This document shows, piece by piece, positions 55,165-64,000 of a stretch of 64,000 bases of DNA. Below the pieces are notes generated by a model. It was not told the DNA's origin. It made no database searches and saw only the letters and a list, made by a program, of their open reading frames with translations. This DNA is from Saccharothrix saharensis (GTDB lineage: Bacteria; Actinomycetota; Actinomycetes; Mycobacteriales; Pseudonocardiaceae). Both the position numbers and the translations under genes were made by a program. Position 1 is the stretch's first letter. Each line of letters begins with the position of its first letter. Location of the stretch: the NCBI RefSeq assembly GCF_006716745.1, contig NZ_VFPP01000001.1, positions 5,155,386 to 5,219,385 of the forward strand, read 5' to 3'.

Positions 55165-55689
55165 TCATCGGGTCACCGCCGTCTTGAGTCGGCCGAGGCG
55201 CGCGGCGGTGAGCTCCAGCCAGCGCAGGTCGGCTTCCAGGTGGAACAGGGCGTGGTCGCAGATGAGCTGGTCGGCGAGGTCGCCGCGCGCCTTGCGCTTG
55301 GTCAGCTCGCGCATGGTGACCAGGTGGGCGGCGCGCTGGACGTCGAGCACGTCGTCCGCGCTGCGGCCGGACAGCAGGGCCAGCACGACCTTGGCGTAGA
55401 GCGTGTTCTGCAGGTAGGGCTCCGGCTTCTCCGGCGTGCCCAGCCAGTGCTCCACGTCCGTGACGCCGGCGTCGGTGATGGCGTACCGCTTGCGTTCCGG
55501 GCCCTCGCCCGCTTCGACGCCCGCCTCCTCGACCAGGCCGTTGCGGAGCAGGCGCGACAGCGTGGTGTAGACCTGCCCGTAGTGCAGCGGGCGGTCGTGG
55601 CCGAAGCGCTCGTCGTAGGCCTTCTTCAGGTCGTAACCGTGCCGGGGGCCCTTTTCGAGCAGGCCCAGCAGGGTGTGTCCGATCGACAT
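55165..55689 (-). CDS. PadR-family transcriptional regulator
   Basis: MSIGHTLLGLLEKGPRHGYDLKKAYDERF.. is a PadR wHTH. First gene of the padR-ATPase-permease-permease operon. Confidence 0.75.
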   Translation of the reverse strand: MSIGHTLLGLLEKGPRHGYDLKKAYDERFGHDRPLHYGQVYTTLSRLLRNGLVEEAGVEAGEGPERKRYAITDAGVTDVEHWLGTPEKPEPYLQNTLYAKVVLALLSGRSADDVLDVQRAAHLVTMRELTKRKARGDLADQLICDHALFHLEADLRWLELTAARLGRLKTAVTR

Positions 55690-55841
55690 GCGGGCGACTA
55701 TACACACGGTGTATACACTCGGTTCATAGCCTGATCGGCGCAGCGGGACCGCTGGTCCGAACAGGCAGTCGGCGTAACCGATCACGGTGGATTGACGGTT
55801 ACTTCGCCACATCCGCCCTCTCCGACGCCTACAGTGGAGGG

Positions 55842-56378
55842 GTGACTGGTCTGGCGGCCGGCTGGGACCACGCGGCTTTCACGCAGGGTCGAGCCGGCGA
55901 TGCGGAACACGATGTGGAGCTGCTGCTCGCTTTCCTGAACACCCGAGACCTCGAACTCGGCACGGACGTCCTGGACAGCGCCGCCGCCTGGCGCGCGTGG
56001 GTCACCGAACGCGGCCTGGGCCGGGCTGGTGATCCGCACGAGGTCCGCGCCGTCCGCTCCTCGCTGCGGGCCTCGCTGGGTGAACGGCACGACGGACCCG
56101 ACCCCACCCCCGTCGCGGGCCTGATCCGCGTCGACCTCAGCCACGGCGTGCCGACGATGTCCAGCACCGACGCGCTCGGCGCGGTGCTCGGCGCGGCGGC
56201 GCGGCTGGCCGTGCTCGGGACGTGGGAGCGGTTCAAGATCTGCCAGGCGGACGACTGCCGGTGGGCGTTCTTCGACCGCTCGCGCAACCGCTCGCGCACC
56301 TGGTGCTCGATGCAGACGTGCGGCAACCGGGAGAAGGCGCGCAACTGGCGGGAACGCCGCGCCCTGAGCGTGACCTGA
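55842..56378 (+). CDS. CGNR zinc-finger (ABATE) domain protein
   Basis: C-terminal CQADDCRWAFFDRSRNRSRTWCSMQTCGNREKARNWRERR. Confidence 0.7.
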   Translation: MTGLAAGWDHAAFTQGRAGDAEHDVELLLAFLNTRDLELGTDVLDSAAAWRAWVTERGLGRAGDPHEVRAVRSSLRASLGERHDGPDPTPVAGLIRVDLSHGVPTMSSTDALGAVLGAAARLAVLGTWERFKICQADDCRWAFFDRSRNRSRTWCSMQTCGNREKARNWRERRALSVT

Positions 56379-56477
56379 GCGTGGAATTCGGGGTACCCGG
56401 GCGTTCGACACTCGGGACCCGAGCGTTCGACACTCGCGAGAGTCCCACGTGCGGGCACCCCGGGTTCACCGCTCAGG

Positions 56478-57773
56478 TCACGTCACGAGCTGGCCGACGG
56501 TGTAGATCGCCAGGCCGGCCAGCGCGCCCACGACCGTGCCGTTGATGCGGATGAACTGCAGGTCGCGCCCGACCTGCAGCTCGATCTTGCGCGAGGTCTC
56601 CTCGGCGTCCCAGCGCTCCACGGTGTCGGTGATCAGCGTGGTGATCTCGTCGCGGTAGTTGGTCACCACGTACCCCGCCGCGCCCTCGAGCCACCCGTCG
56701 ACCTTCGCGCGCATCGACTCGTCCTCCACCAGCCGGCGGCCGAACGCGACCAGCCCCTCGCGCACCCGCCTGCGCAGCTCCGACGACGGGTCCTCGGCCG
56801 CGTCGAGCAGCATCTTCTTCGCCGTGCCCCATGCCGACCCGATCACCCGCTGCACGTCCGGGTGCTCGACCACCTGCTGCTTGACCTGCTCGGCCCGCTG
56901 CATGGTCGCCGGGTCGGTGCGCAGGTCGGTCGCGAACTCGATCAGGAACTGGTCCACCGCCAGCCGCATGGGGTGGTTGACGTCGGTCTTCACCGCCCAC
57001 GCGAAGTTCAGCAGCTCGGTGTAGACCTTGTCGCCCAGCAGCGAGTCGACGAACTTCGGCGACCACGACGGCGCCCGGTCCGACACCACGCCCATGACCT
57101 TCTCGTAGTTGTCCCGCACCCAGTCGTACGCCCGGTCGCACATCAGGTCCACGAGCTTGTGGTGCGCGCCGTCGGTGAGCACCTGGCCCAGCAGCTTGCC
57201 CAGCGGCGGACCCCACGGCCGGTCGACCAACCGCCGCACCACCGCCTGCTCCACCACGGCCTGCACGTCGTCGTCGCGCAGCACGGTGACCGCGCCCTTC
57301 ACGACGTTGGCCAGCTCCGACGTCACCCGCTCGGCGTGCTCCGGCCGGGCGAGCCACTCGCCGATCCGCCGCCCGATGCCCGCCCGGCGCAGCTTGTCCC
57401 GCACCACCGCCTCGGACAGGAAGTTCGTCCCGACGAACGACCCCAGCGCGTCGCCGAAGGTGTCCTTGCGGGTCGGGATGATCGCCGTGTGCGGGATCGG
57501 CAGGCCGAGCGGCCGGCGGAACAGGGCGGTCACGGCGAACCAGTCGGCCAGCGCGCCGACCATGCCCGCCTCGGCGGCGGCCCGGACGTACCCGACCCAC
57601 GCCGGGCCGCCGTCCTCGAACAGCAGGGCCACCAGGAAGATCGCCGTCGCGGCCAGGAAGAAGCCGGTCGCCACGAGCTTCATCCGGCGCAGTCCCTGGC
57701 GCTTGAGCTGGTCAGCGGGGGTCAGTTGCTCCACGCCGCCATTGTCCGTGAAGATTCGGCGTTGTGCGGGCAC
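56478..57773 (-). CDS. DUF445-family membrane protein
   Basis: 431 aa with an N-terminal TM and a conserved core. Weak family assignment made from memory. Confidence 0.45.
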   Translation of the reverse strand: MPAQRRIFTDNGGVEQLTPADQLKRQGLRRMKLVATGFFLAATAIFLVALLFEDGGPAWVGYVRAAAEAGMVGALADWFAVTALFRRPLGLPIPHTAIIPTRKDTFGDALGSFVGTNFLSEAVVRDKLRRAGIGRRIGEWLARPEHAERVTSELANVVKGAVTVLRDDDVQAVVEQAVVRRLVDRPWGPPLGKLLGQVLTDGAHHKLVDLMCDRAYDWVRDNYEKVMGVVSDRAPSWSPKFVDSLLGDKVYTELLNFAWAVKTDVNHPMRLAVDQFLIEFATDLRTDPATMQRAEQVKQQVVEHPDVQRVIGSAWGTAKKMLLDAAEDPSSELRRRVREGLVAFGRRLVEDESMRAKVDGWLEGAAGYVVTNYRDEITTLITDTVERWDAEETSRKIELQVGRDLQFIRINGTVVGALAGLAIYTVGQLVT

Positions 57774-58936
57774 CAGCGCTAGTCACCAGGATGAGGCCGT
57801 TCACCTCGACGATCTTCGCCGAGATGACGGCATTGGCCACGCGCACCGGGGCGGTGAACCTCGGGCAGGGCTTCCCGGACACCGACGGCCCGACCGGGAT
57901 GCTCGACGTCGCCAAGGCGTCCATCGACGCGGGCCTCAACCAGTACCCGCCGGGGCCGGGCACGCCGGAGCTGCGCCGGGCGATCGCCGAGCACCGGTCG
58001 CGCTACGGCACGCACTACGACCCGGACACCGAGGTCCTGGTGACGGTCGGCGCCACGGAGGCCATCGCGGCCACGTTGCTGGCGCTGGTGGAGCCCGGTG
58101 ACGAGGTGGTGCTCATCGAGCCCTACTACGACTCCTACGCGGCGTCCGTGGCGCTGGCCGGGGCGACCCGGCGCACGGTGGGGCTGGTCGAGGAGCCGGG
58201 CACGGGTCGGCTCGGGCTGGACGTCGACGCGCTGCGCGCCGCCGTCGGCCCGCGCACCAGGGCGGTGCTGCTCAACTCGCCGCACAACCCGACCGGCACC
58301 GTGCTCAACCGCGACGAGCTGGCCGCCGTGGCGGCGCTGTGCGTCGAGCACGACCTGGTGGCGATCACCGACGAGGTGTACGAGCACCTGGTCTTCGACG
58401 GGCTCGAGCACGTGCCGCTGGCCACGTTCCCCGGCATGGCCGAGCGGACCGTGACGATCTCCGGCGCCGGCAAGTCGTTCAACTGCACGGGCTGGAAGAT
58501 CGGCTGGGCGTGCGGCCCGGCGGAGCTGGTCGGCGCGACCCGCGCGGCCAAGCAGTTCCTGACCTTCGTGGGCGGCGCGCCGTTCCAGCCGGCCGTGGCG
58601 CACGCGCTGCGGCACGAGCTGGAGTGGGTCGAGGGCTTGCGCACGTCCTTGCAGGACAAGCGCTCGCGGCTGTCCGACGGCCTGGCCGAGGCCGGGTTCG
58701 CGGTGCGGCCCAGCGAGGGCACCTACTTCATCACCGCGGACGTCCGGCCGCTCGGCTTCACCGACGGCGCGCAGCTGTGCCGGGAGCTGCCGGAGCGGAT
58801 CGGCGTGGCGGCCGTGCCGGTGCAGGTGTTCACCGACCACCCCGACCAGTGGCGGCACCTGGTGCGGTTCGCGTTCTGCAAGCGCGACGAGGTGCTGGAC
58901 GAGGCGATCTCCCGGCTACGCGAGCTCGGCGTCTGA
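57764..58936 (+). CDS. PLP-dependent aminotransferase class I/II
   Basis: Aminotransferase fold with PLP-lysine region (SGAGKSFNCTGWKIGW). 390 aa. Confidence 0.8.
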   Translation: MRAPALVTRMRPFTSTIFAEMTALATRTGAVNLGQGFPDTDGPTGMLDVAKASIDAGLNQYPPGPGTPELRRAIAEHRSRYGTHYDPDTEVLVTVGATEAIAATLLALVEPGDEVVLIEPYYDSYAASVALAGATRRTVGLVEEPGTGRLGLDVDALRAAVGPRTRAVLLNSPHNPTGTVLNRDELAAVAALCVEHDLVAITDEVYEHLVFDGLEHVPLATFPGMAERTVTISGAGKSFNCTGWKIGWACGPAELVGATRAAKQFLTFVGGAPFQPAVAHALRHELEWVEGLRTSLQDKRSRLSDGLAEAGFAVRPSEGTYFITADVRPLGFTDGAQLCRELPERIGVAAVPVQVFTDHPDQWRHLVRFAFCKRDEVLDEAISRLRELGV

Positions 58937-60856
58937 CCGGACCGGGGCCGCGCGGTCGCCCGCCAGCCGGTCCTGCACCAACGCGTGCCGGAACTGGTAG
59001 GCGGCCCCGGCCTGCCGCAGCACGCCGAGCTTGCGCGCGTCCTCCAGGAACACCATCAGCTCCCACGGCAGCTTGCCGCGCAGCGCCAGCCAGATCCGCG
59101 CCACGGTGAACCACCACCAGCGCAGGTGCAGCACGGACAGGGTGAAGCCGAGCATCAGCCCGCACGCCAGGCCGAGCCCGACCATGCCGGACTGCTTGGG
59201 CCCGAACACCAGTCCGGCCGCCGCGCCGAACACCACGGCCAGCACCAGCGACCCCGTCCACACCGCGATCCGGTCCCGCGCCATCGTCCACTTCGGACTG
59301 GACGGGTGGCTCAGCTCGGCCGTGCTGCCCAACCCGAACCGCAGCGCCACCGCCACCGCGATGCCCAGGCCGACCACCAAGCCGGCGGACAGCCCGTACA
59401 GCGCGCCGAACACCAGGCCGGCGGCCGTGCCGAGCACACCGCTGACCACGACCAGGCTGCGCCACACCCCCAGCCGCGGTTTCGGCACCCGGTGCCCGGA
59501 CGCGTACAGCGCCGCCACCGCGACCGCGACCCCGGCGGCCAACCCCGTGATCGGGGCCAGCTCCGGCGTGCTCGCGTACGCCATCAGCCAGGCCACGCCG
59601 AACCCGCCGATCAGGCCGAGCGCGACCGCGCCGAGCAGGGCGAGCCACGTGCTGCCGACCGAGCGGCGCAGCTCCCACCAGCCCAGTTCGCGCACACCGC
59701 GCCGACGCATCTCGCCCGCCAGGAACGCGAGCCAGCGGGCCGCCTTCTCCCGGGGCCACACCTGGCTGGCACGGGCCTGGTGCGCGACCCCGCGATCACC
59801 GAACGCGCCGCCGACCAGCAGGTCCGCCAGGTGGTTCTCGATGGCGAACCGGTCGGGGAACCGGGTGCGGTCCAGCAGCTCGCTCGGCTCGCCGTACCCG
59901 TAGACGACGCCCGCCAGCCACACCGCGAGGGGCGTGGACAGCGCCTCGGCCAGCCGGCCGTCCGGCTCGTCGCGCAGGTGCAGGAACACCGGCTCCCAGC
60001 GGGCCGCGCCGACCGGGTCGGAGACCGACCGCAGGTAGCCCGCGACCTCCTCCAGGTCCACCGGCTGCAACTCCACCACCTGCGCGTTCGGCACGGTGGC
60101 GGCCGACTCGGCGAACTCGGCGGTGCGGCAGGTCAGCACCAGCGGGTGCGAGCCGGGGAACGCGCGGTTGATGCGGTCGAGCGCGTCGGCGCGCCGTTCC
60201 GCCGGGATCTGGTCCAGGCCGTCGAGCACGGGGAAGATCCGGCGCTGCTCGACCAGCAGGTCACCCGCGTAGCTGCCGTACAGCTCGGTGTTGCGCAGCG
60301 CCGGGTGGTCCTCGTAGAGCCGCCGGGTCATCCAGGTGCGGACGTCCTCCGCCTCCGGGTTCCACGTGGACAGCGGCAGCAGGAACGGCACCGGGCCGTC
60401 CACGAGGCGGTCGAGCAGGCCGATCGTGAGCAGCATCGCGGTCGTGCTCTTGCCCGCGCCGGGCTCGCCGAGGAACACCATGCGCGGGGTGCGCTGGAAC
60501 GCGCGGACGACCGCGTCGCTGTGCCCCGGTTCACCCCGCACGGCGCTCCAGTGCAGGTCGAGGAGGTGTTCCCGCAGGCCGCGGGCGTGGCACTCCTCGT
60601 TCCACTGCGCGTGCAGGGCGCGGGCCAGGGCGCTCGCGGCGGCGTCGAGGTTGTCGTCGGTGGCCAGTCCGGCGGCGCGTTTGCGGTGCAGCCACGGGTC
60701 CAGCGCGGCGAGCAGCGCCAGGAACCCGAGGGCGAGGCCGGTCAACCACAGGTCGGGGTCGATGCCGTAGTCGGTGACGAACAGGCCGGCCGCGGCGAGC
60801 ACGGCGGCCAGCACGCACCCGGTGAGCACGGCCCGCTGGCGGAATCTGGACACCAC
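58916..60856 (-). CDS. membrane-embedded NACHT-family NTPase
   Basis: Two N-terminal TM helices. NACHT motifs: P-loop FLGEPGAGKST, Walker B FLLPLS, IFPVLDGLDQIP, VLTCR. About 6 C-terminal TM helices and the actinomycete NACHT tail ..AYQFRHALVQDRL. Confidence 0.65.
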   Translation of the reverse strand: MVSRFRQRAVLTGCVLAAVLAAAGLFVTDYGIDPDLWLTGLALGFLALLAALDPWLHRKRAAGLATDDNLDAAASALARALHAQWNEECHARGLREHLLDLHWSAVRGEPGHSDAVVRAFQRTPRMVFLGEPGAGKSTTAMLLTIGLLDRLVDGPVPFLLPLSTWNPEAEDVRTWMTRRLYEDHPALRNTELYGSYAGDLLVEQRRIFPVLDGLDQIPAERRADALDRINRAFPGSHPLVLTCRTAEFAESAATVPNAQVVELQPVDLEEVAGYLRSVSDPVGAARWEPVFLHLRDEPDGRLAEALSTPLAVWLAGVVYGYGEPSELLDRTRFPDRFAIENHLADLLVGGAFGDRGVAHQARASQVWPREKAARWLAFLAGEMRRRGVRELGWWELRRSVGSTWLALLGAVALGLIGGFGVAWLMAYASTPELAPITGLAAGVAVAVAALYASGHRVPKPRLGVWRSLVVVSGVLGTAAGLVFGALYGLSAGLVVGLGIAVAVALRFGLGSTAELSHPSSPKWTMARDRIAVWTGSLVLAVVFGAAAGLVFGPKQSGMVGLGLACGLMLGFTLSVLHLRWWWFTVARIWLALRGKLPWELMVFLEDARKLGVLRQAGAAYQFRHALVQDRLAGDRAAPVRSDAELA

Positions 60857-60908
60857 CGCATCATGACGGACCGATCACTGGTGGTGGTGACACGGTCACC
60901 CCTGTGTC

Positions 60909-61454
60909 GTGCGTACCCTCGAAGAGGTGATCTGTCCGAAGTGCCAGGACCTGATGCGGACCATCAGCCGTGGTTCCGTTCACATCGAGCAGTGCGAGAA
61001 CTGCAAGGGCGTGTTCCTGGACGGCGGCGAGCTGGAGCAGATCATCGCCGCCGAACGGGCGCACTACGCGCAGCCGTACCGGCCGGAGGGCGTCCCGGTG
61101 CACACGCCGGTCGCACCCGTGCCCGTCGCTCCCGTGCCCGTCGCTCCTGGGCCGGTCTCACCCGGGCCGGTGGCCGCCGGTGATCCGACGGTGGCCGCGC
61201 CGGTCGAGGGTGCCGCGCCGGTCGAGCCCGCGGCGCCGGGAGCAGGCGAGGTCGCCGACGTCCCGCCCGCGGCCGGGCCGCCTCCGCCCTACCAGCCGCC
61301 GCCGGGCACGCACACCGGCCCGCCGCCCCCGTACCAGCCACCGCCCGGCACCGTGCCCGCCGCGCCACCGCCGGCGGTGTACCCGGTCGGGTACCACGAC
61401 CCGCACTACCCGCCGCGCCGCAGGCGCAGCTTCCTGGAGGAACTGCTCGACTGA
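60909..61454 (+). CDS. zinc-ribbon (TFIIB-type) protein with Pro-rich C-terminus
   Basis: CPKC..x17..CENCKGVFLDGGEL, then PPPYQPPPG repeats. Confidence 0.45.
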   Translation: MRTLEEVICPKCQDLMRTISRGSVHIEQCENCKGVFLDGGELEQIIAAERAHYAQPYRPEGVPVHTPVAPVPVAPVPVAPGPVSPGPVAAGDPTVAAPVEGAAPVEPAAPGAGEVADVPPAAGPPPPYQPPPGTHTGPPPPYQPPPGTVPAAPPPAVYPVGYHDPHYPPRRRRSFLEELLD

Positions 61455-61494
61455 ACGGTCCGAGCGTTCGACTCGTGCGCCCCGGACGCAGGAC

Positions 61495-62649
61495 TCACGG
61501 GAGGGGCCAGGTCAGGGCGGTGCCGTCCAGGGCGAAGTGCTGGGCGGTCGGGGTCGCGGTGAAGGTGAACCGGTGCCGGCGGGGTTCGCCCAGCGCGCGC
61601 CACTGGCGGTAGGCGGCCTCGGCGACGTCCCACAGCGCCCGCGGCCCGCCCTGGTCCACGACGGCACCCCGGTGCCGGACCCACGAGCCGTCCGGGTGGA
61701 CCAGGCGGACCGGGTCGCCCGCCACCGCCACCTCGGCCAGCGCGAGGCCCGCGAAGAACTCGAAACCACCGCCCGGGTCGAGCACCGCGCGCGAGGACAG
61801 CAGGGTCGTGCGTGACGTCGTCGGCTCCGCGGTCGAGGCCGCTACCAGCGCCTCGTCGGCCCACGCCTGCCGGTGGGCGCGCAACGGCATGAACCGGCCG
61901 TCCTCCGGCAGCACCCGACCGGTGGCCCGCCCGTCCCGCACGGTCAGCCGCACCAGGCCCGCGCCGATGGCCCGGTTCAACGTGGTCACGACCACCCCGC
62001 CGGGCGCGGTCTGCGCCAGCCACGCCGTCGGGATCCGCGACACCGCGCACGTGCCGAGGACGCGGTCGTAGGGCGCACGCGGCGCGTGACCCCGCTCACC
62101 GTCGCCCGCGACGCACGTCGGGTGGTGGCCAGCGACGGCCAGCCGCGCCCGCGCCCGCGCCAGCACGCCGGGGTCGACGTCGATCGAGGTCACCCGGTCG
62201 TCGCCGAGCACGTGGGCGAGCAGGGCGGCGTTGTAGCCGGTGCCGGTGCCGACCTCCAGCACCCGGTCGCCGGGCGCGACGGACAGCGCCTCCAGCATGA
62301 TCGCCATGATCGTCGGCATGCTCGACGAACTCGTGGGTACCCCGGTCGCGGCACCGGTGGCGAGTGCTTGCTGCCACGCTCGGTCGTCGTTGTCGAGCTG
62401 GGTCACGCGGACGTCGTCGCGGTAGACCAGCGCGAGGTGGTCCGGGTGCGCGTCGGTCACCGGCTCCCAGGCGCCGTCGGGACGGGGCGCGAAGAACCCC
62501 GGCAGGAACACGTGCCTCGGCACCTGCCGAAACGCGTCGACCCACCGCGGGTCGCGCAGCACGCCGGCGGCCACGAGCGCGTCGACCAGCCGAGCCCGCA
62601 GGTTCGCCGCGACATCCACGCGGTCCACGGTAGCCCTGTGGGCGAGCAC
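61495..62649 (-). CDS. protein-L-isoaspartate O-methyltransferase-like SAM methyltransferase with ~170-aa C-terminal extension
   Basis: SAM motif LEVGTGTGYNAALLA and a PCMT-like core. The extra C-terminal domain resembles the FxLD-system/lanthipeptide-associated O-MTase class. Confidence 0.55.
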   Translation of the reverse strand: MLAHRATVDRVDVAANLRARLVDALVAAGVLRDPRWVDAFRQVPRHVFLPGFFAPRPDGAWEPVTDAHPDHLALVYRDDVRVTQLDNDDRAWQQALATGAATGVPTSSSSMPTIMAIMLEALSVAPGDRVLEVGTGTGYNAALLAHVLGDDRVTSIDVDPGVLARARARLAVAGHHPTCVAGDGERGHAPRAPYDRVLGTCAVSRIPTAWLAQTAPGGVVVTTLNRAIGAGLVRLTVRDGRATGRVLPEDGRFMPLRAHRQAWADEALVAASTAEPTTSRTTLLSSRAVLDPGGGFEFFAGLALAEVAVAGDPVRLVHPDGSWVRHRGAVVDQGGPRALWDVAEAAYRQWRALGEPRRHRFTFTATPTAQHFALDGTALTWPLP

Positions 62650-62731
62650 ACGTCCCGATCGCTAGCAGAGCGCTTGCAGTAGCTAGCACCTCCGCGTACG
62701 GTCGACAGCGGATCGAGGAGGTGCCGCGAAG

Positions 62732-63115
62732 TTGGACAAGTCCATCGACGAGGCGGTGGCCGATCTCGGCCGCGACATCGGCGAGTACATCCGCCAGCAG
62801 CGCAACACGGCGAAGATCTCGTTGCGGCAGCTGGCCAAGCTCGCCGGGGTCTCCAACCCGTACCTGAGCCAGATCGAACGCGGTCTGCGCAAGCCGAGCG
62901 CGGAGATCCTGCAGCAGATCGCCAAGGGGCTGAGGATCTCCGCGGAGGCGCTGTACGTCGAGGCCGGGATCCTGGAGCAGCGCGAGGGCGGCGCCCTCGC
63001 GGACGCCATCGTCACCGCCCCCGACCTGACCGAGCGGCAGAAACAGGTGTTGCTCGACGTCTACGAGTCGTTCCGGCGGGAGAACACCGCCACCAAGACC
63101 AAGCCGGAGGAGTGA
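62732..63115 (+). CDS. XRE-family HTH transcriptional regulator (Mtb Rv0474-like position)
   Basis: ISLRQLAKLAGVSNPYLSQIERGLRKPS is a Cro/C1 HTH. 127 aa. Confidence 0.65.
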   Translation: MDKSIDEAVADLGRDIGEYIRQQRNTAKISLRQLAKLAGVSNPYLSQIERGLRKPSAEILQQIAKGLRISAEALYVEAGILEQREGGALADAIVTAPDLTERQKQVLLDVYESFRRENTATKTKPEE

Positions 63116-63120
63116 TCTCC

Positions 63121-63819
63121 ATGCCGAACCTGCCCACCACCGAGGAACTGCGCAAGGCGGGCGAGCAGGCCGTCGCCGCCGCCCGCACCCCGCTGCTCGC
63201 CGCCCTGGGCGCCGGTGACCTGGCCGCCAAGGCCGTGATCGAGGCGCTGAACAAGGCCCGCGAGCGCGCCGAGTCGGCGAAGAGCGCCGCCGAGTCCGCC
63301 GACCTGAAGAAGGACCTGCGCGACCGGCTCGACCCGGCCGAGCTGCGCAAGGTCGTCGACGCCTACACGCAGTCCGCGCTGAACCTCTACCAGTTCCTCG
63401 CCCAGCACGGCGAGGAGGCGCTGGAGAAGCTGAAGACCCAGCCCGGCCTGCAGAAGGCGCTGCACCAGGTCGAGGAGGCCGTCGAGACCGCCCAGAAGCG
63501 CACCGAGGCCGCCGCCGCCGACGCCCGCGTGCTGGCCGACGACGTGCTCGGCAAGGTGTCCCGCCGCACCCGCGCGGTCGGCGAGAAGGTCGCCGACGAC
63601 CTGGACGACGCGACCGAGAAGCTCGCCGAGACCGTGGTCGAGGTCGGTGGCGACGTCGCCGCCGAGGTCCGCGAGACCACCCGCAAGGCGGCGCCGCGCA
63701 AGCCCGCCGCGACCAAGCCGGTCACCGCGACCAAGCCGGTGGCCAAGCCCGCGAGCTCGACCAAGACCGCGGCCACCCGCTCGACCACGGCGAAGAAGCC
63801 GGCCGACAGCGGCCAGTGA
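63121..63819 (+). CDS. hbhA: heparin-binding hemagglutinin (HbhA)-like coiled-coil protein with Lys/Ala/Pro/Thr-rich C-terminal repeats
   Basis: PLLAALGAGDLAAKAV and RTRAVGEKVAD match Mtb HbhA segments (PLLAALGAADLALATV; QTRAVGERAAK). C-terminal KPxxTK repeats. Confidence 0.6.
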   Translation: MPNLPTTEELRKAGEQAVAAARTPLLAALGAGDLAAKAVIEALNKARERAESAKSAAESADLKKDLRDRLDPAELRKVVDAYTQSALNLYQFLAQHGEEALEKLKTQPGLQKALHQVEEAVETAQKRTEAAAADARVLADDVLGKVSRRTRAVGEKVADDLDDATEKLAETVVEVGGDVAAEVRETTRKAAPRKPAATKPVTATKPVAKPASSTKTAATRSTTAKKPADSGQ

Positions 63820-63901
63820 CCCGACCGTGACGGGGCGTCCTGACCGAGGACGCCCCGTTTCGGCTGTACCGCGACGGCGCCGCGCACGTACGCTGGAGGC
63901 G

Positions 63902-64000
63902 TGTTGCCACCATTCCCCCCGTTCAGTCCGCTCTACCTGGACATCTGGGTCATGTTCGCGGCCTACTACGCCGCGCTGGTCATGGGGGTGTTCGCGTTCG
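63902..64000 (+). CDS. membrane protein, 5' fragment (runs off window end; Rv0476-like position)
   Basis: GTG start; hydrophobic N-terminus ..LYLDIWVMFAAYYAALVMGVFAF. Confidence 0.3.

Overview
High-GC (>70%) actinomycete chromosomal window (Pseudonocardiaceae/Streptomyces-like codon usage) with about 60 supportable genes. The first 17 kb follows the order of the Mycobacterium tuberculosis Rv0818-Rv0823c region: a GlnR-like regulator, mshD, the phosphate transporter, phoU, an LCP protein and dusB. Relative to that order the window has a complete pstSCAB operon plus an inserted four-gene PE-like / DUF3558 lipoprotein / WxG-PPE-like / EspG-like module. PHO-box direct repeats (GTTCACC units at 11-nt spacing) lie upstream of pstS and phoU. 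A decayed ~8.8 kb integrative island (17547-26412) is bounded by a 43-bp direct repeat at an intact tRNA-Lys(UUU). It carries a 5'-truncated integrase, a GntR regulator, an XRE regulator with an in-frame stop, and a low-GC (~50%) insert. The insert encodes an 834-aa GHKL-ATPase/Mrr-like PD-(D/E)xK fusion protein next to a C5 cytosine methyltransferase, a predicted but uncharacterised type of restriction module. The candidate I rate highest for novelty is a translationally coupled three-gene operon at 30421-37870: an NfeD-like membrane protein, a flotillin (SPFH plus long coiled coil), and a 1624-aa protein whose only recognisable part is a C-terminal MoxR/dynein-like AAA+ module. Other notable items: an LCP protein with a ~600-aa Pro/Arg-rich tandem-repeat N-terminus; a tRNA Glu-Asp-Phe cluster with a bidirectional terminator; a PadR / ABC-ATPase / 2x FtsX-permease / ECF-sigma locus; a membrane-embedded NACHT NTPase; and an XRE-hbhA-like pair at the window end. 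Many long antisense or alternate-frame ORFs in the six-frame track are GC-driven artefacts and were rejected.
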